A stretch of DNA of 64,000 bases from Pseudomonadota bacterium. GTDB taxonomy: Bacteria; Pseudomonadota; Gammaproteobacteria; Burkholderiales; Burkholderiaceae_C. Each line of letters begins with the position of its first letter. Positions within the stretch are counted from its first letter, which is position 1. Position numbers and translations under genes: made by a program. Shown one piece after another: positions 47,986-56,543 of the stretch. Under the pieces are notes generated by a model. That model was given only the letters and a program-made list of their open reading frames with translations. It searched no databases and had not been told where the DNA came from. Location: the NCBI GenBank assembly GCA_040385065.1, contig JAZKIC010000027.1, positions 5,323-69,322 on the forward strand, given 5' to 3'.

Positions 47986-49035
47986 TCAATCTGTGATTAC
48001 GGGGGTTTCGTACACCCGTGCCCCGCTGTGGGAGGGAAAGCCGCCGCGAACTGCGCCAGGGCGACGGTCTCTGTAGATCGCACTCATGCTCTCGTCGAGT
48101 GCCCGGCTGTTGGGCACCGAAAGCCACATGCGGATGAGGTGCCGACGACGATCGGGTTCATCGTAATCCTCGAACTCGGTGCGCGAGTGGTACATCACAT
48201 GGTTGTTCATGAACTGCATGTCGCCGGGCTCGAACATCATCTCGCCGTAGAAGCGGGGGTTGTTTGCCAGCGACTGCACGTATTCCAGCGCCTCTTTCTG
48301 CTTGGGCGAGAGCAGCGGGAGCTCAGGATGCAGCGAGGAGTCCACGGAAAAACCGATAACGTGCTGAGGGATGAATCTCGATGACTGCTTGCCTTCAAGC
48401 TTCGAGAACATCGGTTGCTGGTAATACGGAAGCGCGCCCGCCACCTCCTGGCCTTTCCAGCTCATGTAAAAGGGCTGGTAGAGAACTTCAAGAAGGTCGG
48501 GCCGTGTCTTGGCGATTTCGTCGTGAATCGCGACTGAACTGCAGAAGCGGCTCAAGCCGCCGGACTTGGCGACACGCAGGACCATCAGGCACACGACATC
48601 GCAGGTGTCCGCATGAAATTCAAGGAACTGGTTCGACATGTAGCCGCGCCCTTTTTTGCTGAACGTGTCCACGCCAAAGTTCTTGACGTCGCCGAGCATG
48701 TCGCCGCGACTGCTCTGAGTGACAGCAGTTCCAATGTTCAGCCCGATTCCCCAGTACATGAGGCGGAGGTCGTCTTTGGAATAGAGGTGAGCCGGCAGCC
48801 CGCGCAGGACGCAAAAGCCCAAGCCGCCTTCGAGTTCGTCCAGAACCCCGTCAAAAGTCTTTCTCAGTTCATCGAGCCGGAAGTTTTCGCGCGACAGGCT
48901 TTCGAATGAGAGGCCGGCCTTCCTGGCCGTTCCCAAGGCACGGTCAAGCGCCGCGATTTCGTCGGCACTCAGGTGCCGGATCCATTGGGTGTTCGTTTTG
49001 AGATCGCTTGCGATCCAGCCTTTTTGGGGTTCCAC
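47986..49035 (-). CDS. TauD/TfdA family Fe(II)/2-oxoglutarate dioxygenase
   Basis: 349-aa ORF. LEFHADTCD (HxD of the facial triad), distal NHVMYHSRT, and overall TauD-like layout. Confidence 0.8.
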   Translation of the reverse strand: MEPQKGWIASDLKTNTQWIRHLSADEIAALDRALGTARKAGLSFESLSRENFRLDELRKTFDGVLDELEGGLGFCVLRGLPAHLYSKDDLRLMYWGIGLNIGTAVTQSSRGDMLGDVKNFGVDTFSKKGRGYMSNQFLEFHADTCDVVCLMVLRVAKSGGLSRFCSSVAIHDEIAKTRPDLLEVLYQPFYMSWKGQEVAGALPYYQQPMFSKLEGKQSSRFIPQHVIGFSVDSSLHPELPLLSPKQKEALEYVQSLANNPRFYGEMMFEPGDMQFMNNHVMYHSRTEFEDYDEPDRRRHLIRMWLSVPNSRALDESMSAIYRDRRPGAVRGGFPSHSGARVYETPVITD

Positions 49036-49132
49036 GATGAGTCTCCGAAGAATGGAATTTTGCTAACAGCGCACTACGTGCAACAATCGTCTCGAATCGA
49101 CAAGCACTGATATTGTCGTCTTGTACGAAAGA

Positions 49133-49142
49133 TTGTAGACAA
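49133..49142. promoter_or_regulatory. TTGTAGACAA, GntR-type operator candidate, copy 2
   Basis: Exact copy of the 40770 motif, ending 1 nt before the annotated gntR ATG. Preceded by the related half-site repeats ATTGTCGTC and TTGTACGAA (49112..49129). Confidence 0.45.
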
Positions 49143-49143
49143 A

Positions 49144-49818
49144 ATGGAGTTAGTGTCAACAGAAATCACGGCTGACTCGCGCGTGTTGACTGATCACGTG
49201 GTCGAGAAGCTGGAAGCGCTCATCCTGGGGGGCCGCTATCGTCCCGGTGACAAACTGCGTGAGCAATCGCTGGCAGAAGAGCTCGGCGTTAGCCGGGCAC
49301 CACTGCGGGAAGCAATTCGCACCTTGGAAGGGCGCCGGCTACTTGAGCGTACGCCTCGATCCGGAGTTCAGGTGGTCAGCCTGGCAATAACGGATCTGGA
49401 AAACATTCTGATGACCCGTGAAGCGCTGGAAGGAATGGCCGCCCGGCAAGCCGCTGAAAACATGAGCATGCTTGAGGTGAACGCGCTGCGGAAAACCGTC
49501 ACTGCCCTTGAAGCCCGACCGCAAGACGCGGCAGGCGCAGTGTTCAGTGGCGGACCGGACAATGACTTTCACCGACTCATTGCTCGGGGCAGCAAGAACC
49601 GCTGGCTGGAATCAATTTTGGTGAAGGACGTTTACGCCCTGCTGCGCCTTTATCGCCTCCAGACCGCACGCAGGCCGGACGTCTCCGAAAGCATGGGCGA
49701 GCACCACTTGGTGATTGATCACATTCACGCCCGTGACAGCGACGGCGCGGAAAACGCCATGCGAAACCATTTGAGGCGAGCGCGCATGCGAATGGTCGAG
49801 CTGTTCAACAGCCCGTAA
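49144..49818 (+). CDS. GntR family transcriptional regulator (FadR/FCD subfamily)
   Basis: 224-aa ORF. wHTH GDKLREQSLAEELGVSRAPLREAIRTLEG, followed by a helical FCD-like domain. Divergent from the catabolic operon. Confidence 0.85.
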   Translation: MELVSTEITADSRVLTDHVVEKLEALILGGRYRPGDKLREQSLAEELGVSRAPLREAIRTLEGRRLLERTPRSGVQVVSLAITDLENILMTREALEGMAARQAAENMSMLEVNALRKTVTALEARPQDAAGAVFSGGPDNDFHRLIARGSKNRWLESILVKDVYALLRLYRLQTARRPDVSESMGEHHLVIDHIHARDSDGAENAMRNHLRRARMRMVELFNSP

Positions 49819-50218
49819 GCGTCGTTACCGCCCGCACCCGCAGGGGATGCGGACAGCGCAGAGTCCGGGGCGATCAGCGGGTCGGCACAAGGTCGAGGTG
49901 TTGCATCGGCTGTCATGGCGCCAGGAACCGACACGAGAGGAACGGTGCCTGATTGGACAAAGGCGAGCCCGACCTGCTACCTGGGCGCACTGCACGCCAT
50001 CACGGCGCAGGACTCCGGGCTTCTTTAACCGCCCGCCACCTGGAGCTAAGGATCACGTACGCCGCCGATGGACTGGCCATTGAGTTCGTGCGTGGCTCCG
50101 AAAGTCAAATTGCAGGAGCTCGGGGCAAAGTATGGGCTGGACCTGGCTGACGACAAGCCAGAAGAGGAGTCGCCGCCGTTAAACAGTTCGCCCAATGTCC
50201 CCCCTGCACCAGAAACAG

Positions 50219-50256
50219 ATAAGCCCGGTGGCGAACACTCTCGCTACCGGGCTTAT
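50219..50256 (-). terminator. hairpin terminator immediately 3' of the tRNA-Pro remnant
   Basis: 16-bp arms ATAAGCCCGGTGGCGA / TCGCTACCGGGCTTAT with one G-U position and a 6-nt loop. Lies 8 nt downstream of the CCA end on the minus strand, followed by a T-rich stretch. Confidence 0.55.
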
Positions 50257-50263
50257 GTATCAA

Positions 50264-50310
50264 TGGTCGGTGTGAAAGGATTCGAACCTTCGACCCCTTG
50301 CACCCCATGC
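50264..50310 (-). other. 3' 47 nt of tRNA-Pro(GGG): displaced tRNA half / att site
   Basis: The minus strand reads GCATGGGGTGCAAGGGGTCGAAGGTTCGAATCCTTTCACACCGACCA. That is the anticodon loop with GGG, 3' anticodon stem, variable loop, T-arm GGTTCGAATCC, 3' acceptor strand and CCA. No matching 5' acceptor (CGGTGTG) or D-arm follows. Confidence 0.75.
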
Positions 50311-50448
50311 TACCCCTTGTATTTCCAACAAGGTTCAGCGTGATCTAAGAAATAGAACATAATCGATACAAATCAACAAGTTATAGACTAGCGGCATTTT
50401 GTTGTAGTCCAAAACAGTCCAACGCGCTACACTCTGAGCCACCCTAAC

Positions 50449-50472
50449 GGTGGGGGCAATGGTGGGGGCAAT
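50449..50472 (+). repeat. tandem 2 x 12 nt GGTGGGGGCAAT directly upstream of int
   Basis: Read directly. Ends 5 nt before the integrase ATG. Confidence 0.6.
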
Positions 50473-50477
50473 TTGAC

Positions 50478-51830
50478 ATGGCATTGATCACAACCAAGGC
50501 GCTGGAAGCGCTGCGCGGAACGGACGACGGCAAGCGTTTACCGGATGGCGGGTCCATGTTTGGCATGGTGCGGGCCACGCCGGACGCCAAGAACCCGGTG
50601 AGCGTGGATTTTCAGTGGCGCTACAAGTTGAACGGCAAAACGCGTCAGGTTCGCATTGGCTCCTGGCCCAAGCTGTCGCTCAAAGCGCTGCGCGACGAGC
50701 GCGACCGGCTGGCCGTAGAAGTGAAGTCCGGCACCGACCCGGTTCAACGCAAAGCCACTGAAAAACTCAAGATCGAAGTCGACCAGGTGGAAGCCCACAA
50801 CAAGCAGCTTGACCGGCTGGAAGTGATTGCCGAGCAGCAGGCGCGTTTGACGGTGCGGCAACTGTTCAAGCTTTGGCGCGACTTGGCGCTGAAACAGCGC
50901 GGTGACGGTGGCGCAGAGGCCCAGCGGGCTTTTGAGCGCGACGTGTTCCCGCTGATCGGCGACTTGGCCGTGGCCGATGTGAAGAAGGCGCACGTTCAGA
51001 ACATTGTGGACACCATGATGGCCCGCGACGTGGTGCGCATGACCAAGCGCGTGCTGTCCGACCTGCGGCAGATGTTTGGCTTTGCGCTGGACCGCGACTA
51101 TGTGGAAGCCGACCCGACCGCCCGTATCAAAAAGGCCAAGATTGGCCCGGATGGCGAGCGCGACCGCGTGCTGGGCGAAGCGGAGTTGATCGACCTGTTG
51201 AAGAAGCTGCCCCAGTCCGGCCTGGCCGAAACGTCGCAATGCGCCCTGCTGATTCAAATGGCGACCATCACCCGCATTGGGGAAACTGTGGGCGCGCGCT
51301 GGGAGCATGTGGACTTCGAGCGCCGTCAGTGGGTGCTGCCTGAAACCAAAAACGGCAAGTCGCACCAGGTGTGGTTGAGTGACTTTGCGCTGCGCCAGTT
51401 TGAGCGCCTGCACGCCATCACGGGTGAAACGCCGTGGTGCTTTCCGGGCAGCCGCTATGACCCGGCTATTGAAAAGACCAATTTGCCACTGGATACCAAA
51501 ACCGTCACCAAGCAGGTGGCCGACCGCCAGCGCGAACCAGGCGGGCAGATTGCGGGCCGCACCAAGTTGATCGACGCGCTGAAACTTGGCGGTGGTCAAT
51601 GGCGACCGCACGACCTGCGCCGCACGGGCGCGAGCGCCATGGCCGAACTGGGTGCGCTACCCGACGTGATCGAGAAGTGCCTGAACCACACCGAAGGAAA
51701 CAAGATGAAGCGCATTTACCAGCGCGCCACCTACGAAGGCCCCATGCGCGATGCGTGGCGGCTGTGGGGTGAACGGCTGGACTTGCTGACCAACAAACCG
51801 GCCAATGTAGTGACGCTGAGGGCGGCTTAA
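50478..51830 (+). CDS. int: tyrosine-type site-specific integrase (P4-like, DUF4102 arm-binding N-terminus)
   Basis: 450-aa ORF. N-terminus LPDGGSMFGMVRAT...WRYKLNGKTRQVRIGSWP. Catalytic region TRIGETVGARWEHVD, HDLRRTGAS, and LNHTEGNKMKRIYQRATY. Confidence 0.9.
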   Translation: MALITTKALEALRGTDDGKRLPDGGSMFGMVRATPDAKNPVSVDFQWRYKLNGKTRQVRIGSWPKLSLKALRDERDRLAVEVKSGTDPVQRKATEKLKIEVDQVEAHNKQLDRLEVIAEQQARLTVRQLFKLWRDLALKQRGDGGAEAQRAFERDVFPLIGDLAVADVKKAHVQNIVDTMMARDVVRMTKRVLSDLRQMFGFALDRDYVEADPTARIKKAKIGPDGERDRVLGEAELIDLLKKLPQSGLAETSQCALLIQMATITRIGETVGARWEHVDFERRQWVLPETKNGKSHQVWLSDFALRQFERLHAITGETPWCFPGSRYDPAIEKTNLPLDTKTVTKQVADRQREPGGQIAGRTKLIDALKLGGGQWRPHDLRRTGASAMAELGALPDVIEKCLNHTEGNKMKRIYQRATYEGPMRDAWRLWGERLDLLTNKPANVVTLRAA

Positions 51831-52352
51831 TCTTTGAAGAGGCACTACCGGTAGTGTCTCGGAATGGATTTTCAGCCATAGGTAGCGCTTTTAATAGTTC
51901 GAGGTGTTGCGTATTGGATGTGTCAGTGCTATAAACGGTTTGCCTGGACTACTGGATATAAACCCATTCGGGTTTGTAGGTAGTCTGAAAGCAAGGACAA
52001 CATGATCCAAATGGTTTCCCCAATCGGCAATATCCGGTCGCATTACGAAGACTTTATGCGTGAGGTCTATCGCGGGCGCGAAGCGGAAGTTTTGTGTGGC
52101 CCGTCAAAAGCGAGCATTTCGAGTGGCTTCCCCGTTCAAGGCGGTGGTGGCGCCAGTGCAGACGTTGACGCAGAAGGTAGCGAGGGCGGCGGTGAAGCAC
52201 CCGCAGTAGCAGCAAGTGATGACGACGGCGATTCTGACGACGGCGACCCCGACCGACGAGGTAGAAAGGCATCCAAAACCAGAAAAAACCTCGCGAGCCC
52301 TGACAAGCTAAGTTCATTAACCAACATCCGCCGAGACGGCGCTGTAAACACT

Positions 52353-52598
52353 ATGACCCAAGACCCCGGCGCTCCTACGCGCATCAATGCCACCACACCA
52401 GCTGGCGCACTCCCCTCTCCCCAAAATCCTGACATTGCCTTGTGGCGCTTGCCCACGGTGTTGGCACACGTCCCGGTTAGCCGATCCCATTGGTGGGCAG
52501 GCGTAGCAAAAGGCCGATACCCCGCACCCGTGAAGCTGTCAAAACGCTGCGTCGCCTGGCGCAGCGCCGACATTCGCGCCCTGATTGCTTCTTTCTAA
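52353..52598 (+). CDS. AlpA family phage regulatory protein / excisionase-like
   Basis: C-terminal LWRLPTVLAHVPVSRSHWWAGVAKGRYPAPVKLSKRCVAWRSADIRALI is the AlpA HTH pattern. The ATG at 52353 gives 81 aa. The in-frame ORF extends upstream to 52002. Confidence 0.7.
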   Translation: MTQDPGAPTRINATTPAGALPSPQNPDIALWRLPTVLAHVPVSRSHWWAGVAKGRYPAPVKLSKRCVAWRSADIRALIASF

Positions 52599-52610
52599 AC
52601 GAGGTGCAGC

Positions 52611-55208
52611 ATGACAAACACCTCTATCGGCGCAACGCCGGGAACAAGCACGCCTGAAAACACCGCTGAAAATGATCTGACACTTTCGGCCAACGACCAA
52701 ACCACAACCGATTTAACCGATGTAACCGTCTTGCCGACCACCAACGGCGAGTTTTTGTCTGCCATCTTTCAGGGTTTGGCAGACGCCTTGCGCCCTTTCG
52801 TTCTGGGCTTTGGCGGGAAGCCCAAAGACCGCAAAGCCTGGGGTGGCGAGGCGTGGCGTGCCGACAAGAGCCACACCGACAATGCCGCGCTCAACTGGTA
52901 TTTCAGTTTGGCCGTTTACCAGCCCGATGACGACGGCTACCACCGGCGCGAGAAAGACTGTGCGGCGGTCTATGGCGTGATGCTGGATGACCTGGGCACA
53001 AAGGCTTTGCCGCTGGACCGGCTCGATGCCTGCCCGCCTTCGTATGTGATCGAAACCAGCGAAGGCAATTTTCAGGTGGGCTACTTGTTCGCCGAGCCGG
53101 TGACCGAGTTCGAGGGCATCAAGGACTTGAACCAGAGCATGGTCGAGGCGGGCTTGTGTGACCCCGGAGCCAAGTCGCCCACCACACGCTATGGTCGGCT
53201 GCCCTTTGCCAGCAATGGCAAGTCAGACCCCGCGTTTCAATGCAAGTTGACGCAGTGGTACCCGGAACGGCGCTACACCGTGGCGCAGATCATGGATGCA
53301 CTGGCACTGGCCCCACCCAAGGCCAAGACCAGCCAAAAAGCCACGCCGGGGCGCAAAGCGACTGCTATTGACCGCAATGCCGAGGATGGCGTTTACATCC
53401 CCCGCCCTGCGGAAAACGAAGTTATTGGCGCGCTCAAAATGCGCGGCCTGTACAAGCAACCGTTGGGGAGTGGCAAACATGATGTGACGTGCCCGTGGGT
53501 GCATGAACACACCGACCAGATTGACCATGGCAGCGCGTACTCAGAGCCGACCGACCTCTATCCGATTGGCTGGTTTAAGTGCCAGCACAGCCACGGCGAC
53601 AAGTACCGTACGGGCGCGCTGTTGGAATTCTTGGGTGTGACCTTTACGGCGGCCAAGCACAAGCCCACCATCAAAGCCGAGGCGGGAAACATCGGCAGCA
53701 TTGCAGACGCCGGTGAACGGGAACTGGCGGCCACCAAACGCTACTACCAGCGCGGCGGATTGATTGTGTCCATTACCACCGACCCTGAAAGCCGCGAGAC
53801 GGCCATCAAGCCAGTGTCGCAACCGGCACTGCTGCGGGCCTTGTCAGGGTGCGCTATCTGGACGCGGTATGACGCACGCAGTGATGCCGACGTGGTGATC
53901 GACCCACCACCTAAGCACGTCAACGTGCTGTTTGACTCCGAGGCGTATGCCCACCTGCCCGCCCTGTCTGGCATTGCGCGGCAACCACACCTACGGCCTG
54001 ACGGCTCACTGGTGCGGGATGCCGGCTTTGATGTACCTACAGGTTTGTTTGGCGTGTTCGACACCCGCTTGTTCAGCGTTCCTGAAAAGCCCACCCGACA
54101 ACAAGCACTTGATGCCTTGCAAGAATTGCGCAGCCTGTTGACCGAATTCGAGTTCAACAACGCGCATGACGAAGCGGCGGCACTGGCGGGCATATTGACG
54201 GCGGCCATACGGCCCAGCTTGACGACTGCGCCCATGTTTCACATCAAGGCACCACAAATTGCGTCGGGCAAGAGCTATTTGAGCGGGATCATCGCTGCCT
54301 TTGCCAGCCCGTCCACGCCGTCGGCGGTGGCGTTTCCCGGCAATGAAGAAGAGTGCCAAAAACTCTTGTTGGCGACCCTGCTGACTGCGCCCGGTGCCGT
54401 GGTGTTTGACAACCTGACCACTGACCTGATCCCCTACAAGTCGCTGTGCAGCGCGCTCACTGAGGAATTTTTGACCGGTCGCATTCTGGGTGTGAGCAAA
54501 ACGGCAACCGTCGGCACGCGGGCCTTGTTTCTGTCCAGCGGCAACAACGTGGACGCCGTGAAAGACATGGCACGGAGGTGCATCACCATCGCCATTGATC
54601 CGCAGGTGGAAACACCCGCCGAACGGTTGTTCAAGGGCGACCCGCTGACCACCGTGCGCAAAGATCGGGCGCGGTATGTCTCGCTGGCCCTGACCGTGAT
54701 TCGCGGTTGGCTGGTTTCGGGCGCTGCGCCCACCACCTGCAAACCCATTGCAAGCTACGGCCAGTGGAGCGACTGGGTACGCCAGCCACTACTGTGGCTG
54801 GGCTTGCCAGACCCAGCAAAACGTGTATTCGAGCAATTGGCACAAGACCCAGACCGCGAGACGCTGGGTCGCTTGCTGCATGCTTGGAAAGCAACTTTTG
54901 GCACCAGTCCGGCCATGATTCGTGAGTCAGTAGACAAGGCGTTGACGGGCTTTGCCACTGACGAATTGCGCGAAGTGTTGCGGGAGATTGCCGACGAGCG
55001 CGGCGAGATAAACCGCCGACGCCTGGGTAAATGGATTTCCCGCAAGCAAGGTGTAATTGTTGACGGGCTGCGATTTGAGCGCGCCAGTGGCACCACATCG
55101 GCAGAACGGTGGCAGGTCAAGTCCGTGGCATCGGTTACATCGGTAAAGTCGGTTCCAGAACCTGAGCTTGCAAAAAGTGTCAATGACATTTGCGAGGTGG
55201 AACTGTGA
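52611..55208 (+). CDS. large primase/helicase-like replication protein of the integrative element
   Basis: 865-aa ORF. Cys/His cluster CPWVHEHTD...FKCQHSHGDKY (zinc-binding primase-like), a P-loop-like KAPQIASGKSYL about 230 aa later, and position after int/alpA as in P4-type elements. The family assignment is inferred, not proven. Confidence 0.55.
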   Translation: MTNTSIGATPGTSTPENTAENDLTLSANDQTTTDLTDVTVLPTTNGEFLSAIFQGLADALRPFVLGFGGKPKDRKAWGGEAWRADKSHTDNAALNWYFSLAVYQPDDDGYHRREKDCAAVYGVMLDDLGTKALPLDRLDACPPSYVIETSEGNFQVGYLFAEPVTEFEGIKDLNQSMVEAGLCDPGAKSPTTRYGRLPFASNGKSDPAFQCKLTQWYPERRYTVAQIMDALALAPPKAKTSQKATPGRKATAIDRNAEDGVYIPRPAENEVIGALKMRGLYKQPLGSGKHDVTCPWVHEHTDQIDHGSAYSEPTDLYPIGWFKCQHSHGDKYRTGALLEFLGVTFTAAKHKPTIKAEAGNIGSIADAGERELAATKRYYQRGGLIVSITTDPESRETAIKPVSQPALLRALSGCAIWTRYDARSDADVVIDPPPKHVNVLFDSEAYAHLPALSGIARQPHLRPDGSLVRDAGFDVPTGLFGVFDTRLFSVPEKPTRQQALDALQELRSLLTEFEFNNAHDEAAALAGILTAAIRPSLTTAPMFHIKAPQIASGKSYLSGIIAAFASPSTPSAVAFPGNEEECQKLLLATLLTAPGAVVFDNLTTDLIPYKSLCSALTEEFLTGRILGVSKTATVGTRALFLSSGNNVDAVKDMARRCITIAIDPQVETPAERLFKGDPLTTVRKDRARYVSLALTVIRGWLVSGAAPTTCKPIASYGQWSDWVRQPLLWLGLPDPAKRVFEQLAQDPDRETLGRLLHAWKATFGTSPAMIRESVDKALTGFATDELREVLREIADERGEINRRRLGKWISRKQGVIVDGLRFERASGTTSAERWQVKSVASVTSVKSVPEPELAKSVNDICEVEL

Positions 55209-55555
55209 TCGCGGGTGACTTGATTCGCCAGGCGCAGGCATCGGGGATTGAACTGCGCTTGGTGGGCGGCAAGGTCAAAGCCATTGGCCCGCGTGAGGCG
55301 GTGGTGCGCTTGATCGAACCGCTACGCCAGCACCGTGAGGCGCTGACCCAGGCCCTGCAATGTGATTTGCATGAGGCATTGCCAGCTACCCCACCGGCTG
55401 ACGCAACGCCTGAGCCCACCGACTGGCACGCGCTGGACGCGGCCTACCACGCCCACCACTTCAACTGCCCGACCTGCATCGCCGCCGGGCGCGGCTCGCG
55501 CTACGGACAACGCTGCGGCGCTGGCATGGCGCTGTGGCGGGCGTATTGCGAATGA
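55205..55555 (+). CDS. hypothetical protein (docking-domain-like N-terminus, CxxC...C C-terminus)
   Basis: A GTG at 55205 overlaps the upstream stop. N-terminus DLIRQAQASGIELRLVGGKVKAIGP; C-terminus HHFNCPTCIAAGRGSRYGQRCG. Confidence 0.5.
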   Translation: MIAGDLIRQAQASGIELRLVGGKVKAIGPREAVVRLIEPLRQHREALTQALQCDLHEALPATPPADATPEPTDWHALDAAYHAHHFNCPTCIAAGRGSRYGQRCGAGMALWRAYCE

Positions 55556-55583
55556 TCTGAACCCCCATTATTGAAAGCCCATC

Positions 55584-56405
55584 ATGAACTCCACCACGGA
55601 CACCGCCAGCACCAACACCAGCACCGCGCCCCTGATAACAACGGCTGACCCCTGCCCCCAACCCTACGAAGTAGTCCGCTTCAACGCCCTCAAGCACGGC
55701 ATCCTGAGCCGCTACACCCTGCTCAGCCACGAAAGCCATGCCGACTACGAAAGCCTAGTGAACTCCCTGATGGATGAACACCTGCCTGCGGGTGCCACAG
55801 AGCAACACCTGATTGAAGAGCTGGCCAGCGTGATCTGGCGCAAACGCCGGGTGTTGCAAGCCGAAGGGGCCACCATCAATAAGGGCTTGAAGGAATCCGC
55901 CCGCAGCGCCAAGACCGTCATTCCAGCGGCAGCACCATTTGAGATGGGCCTGTCAGGCGAGAACACCGACATTCGCAACCTCATGGATTTGAAACCGGCA
56001 GACGTGGCGGAAAGCCAGCAATCCGCCCGGCACGACGTTGATGCCACCAACAAGGCAAGCGCCATCCTGCGCAAAGGTGGCGAACGTGCCTATGACAAAG
56101 CCCTGCGCGCCTTGCTTCCCGACACCCGCGAGTGGTGGCAGGAGTATGTGGACGACGAGGAATACCCCGCCGATGCCACAGGGCTGGCCGCCTTCATCGC
56201 TGAGCGCGTCACGCCCTTTGTCTACCAACAAGAAAAAGAGTCCCGCCACCATGACGCCATCGTGAACCAAACTATTGGCGAAGGACTGCAAGCCTACCGG
56301 CTGGAGAAGCTTTCCCGCTATGAAACGCACCTGGACCGCAAGTTTGAGCGCACTTTGGCCATGCTGATCAAGCTTAAAGACCTCAGAAGCAGCCGCGCAG
56401 CGTAA
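55584..56405 (+). CDS. hypothetical protein, predicted all-helical
   Basis: 273-aa ORF. Contains RFNALKHGILS near the N-terminus and a charged helical remainder. I recognise no catalytic motif. Confidence 0.5.
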   Translation: MNSTTDTASTNTSTAPLITTADPCPQPYEVVRFNALKHGILSRYTLLSHESHADYESLVNSLMDEHLPAGATEQHLIEELASVIWRKRRVLQAEGATINKGLKESARSAKTVIPAAAPFEMGLSGENTDIRNLMDLKPADVAESQQSARHDVDATNKASAILRKGGERAYDKALRALLPDTREWWQEYVDDEEYPADATGLAAFIAERVTPFVYQQEKESRHHDAIVNQTIGEGLQAYRLEKLSRYETHLDRKFERTLAMLIKLKDLRSSRAA

Positions 56406-56543
56406 AAACATGCGCAATTTCCAGCAACACGAAAAACGTCCAGAACCCAGCATCCATGCGGGTTACAGCCCGATTCATGGGTTTTCAGGTCACAGCACCT
56501 GTTCAACTTGCCAAATGATTTCGGGAAAAACCGGAGAATAAAA

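Noticed and set aside
50068-50343. 91-aa plus-strand ORF
   Set aside because: It reads straight through the terminator hairpin and the tRNA-Pro remnant. It is Pro/Glu low-complexity in the middle.
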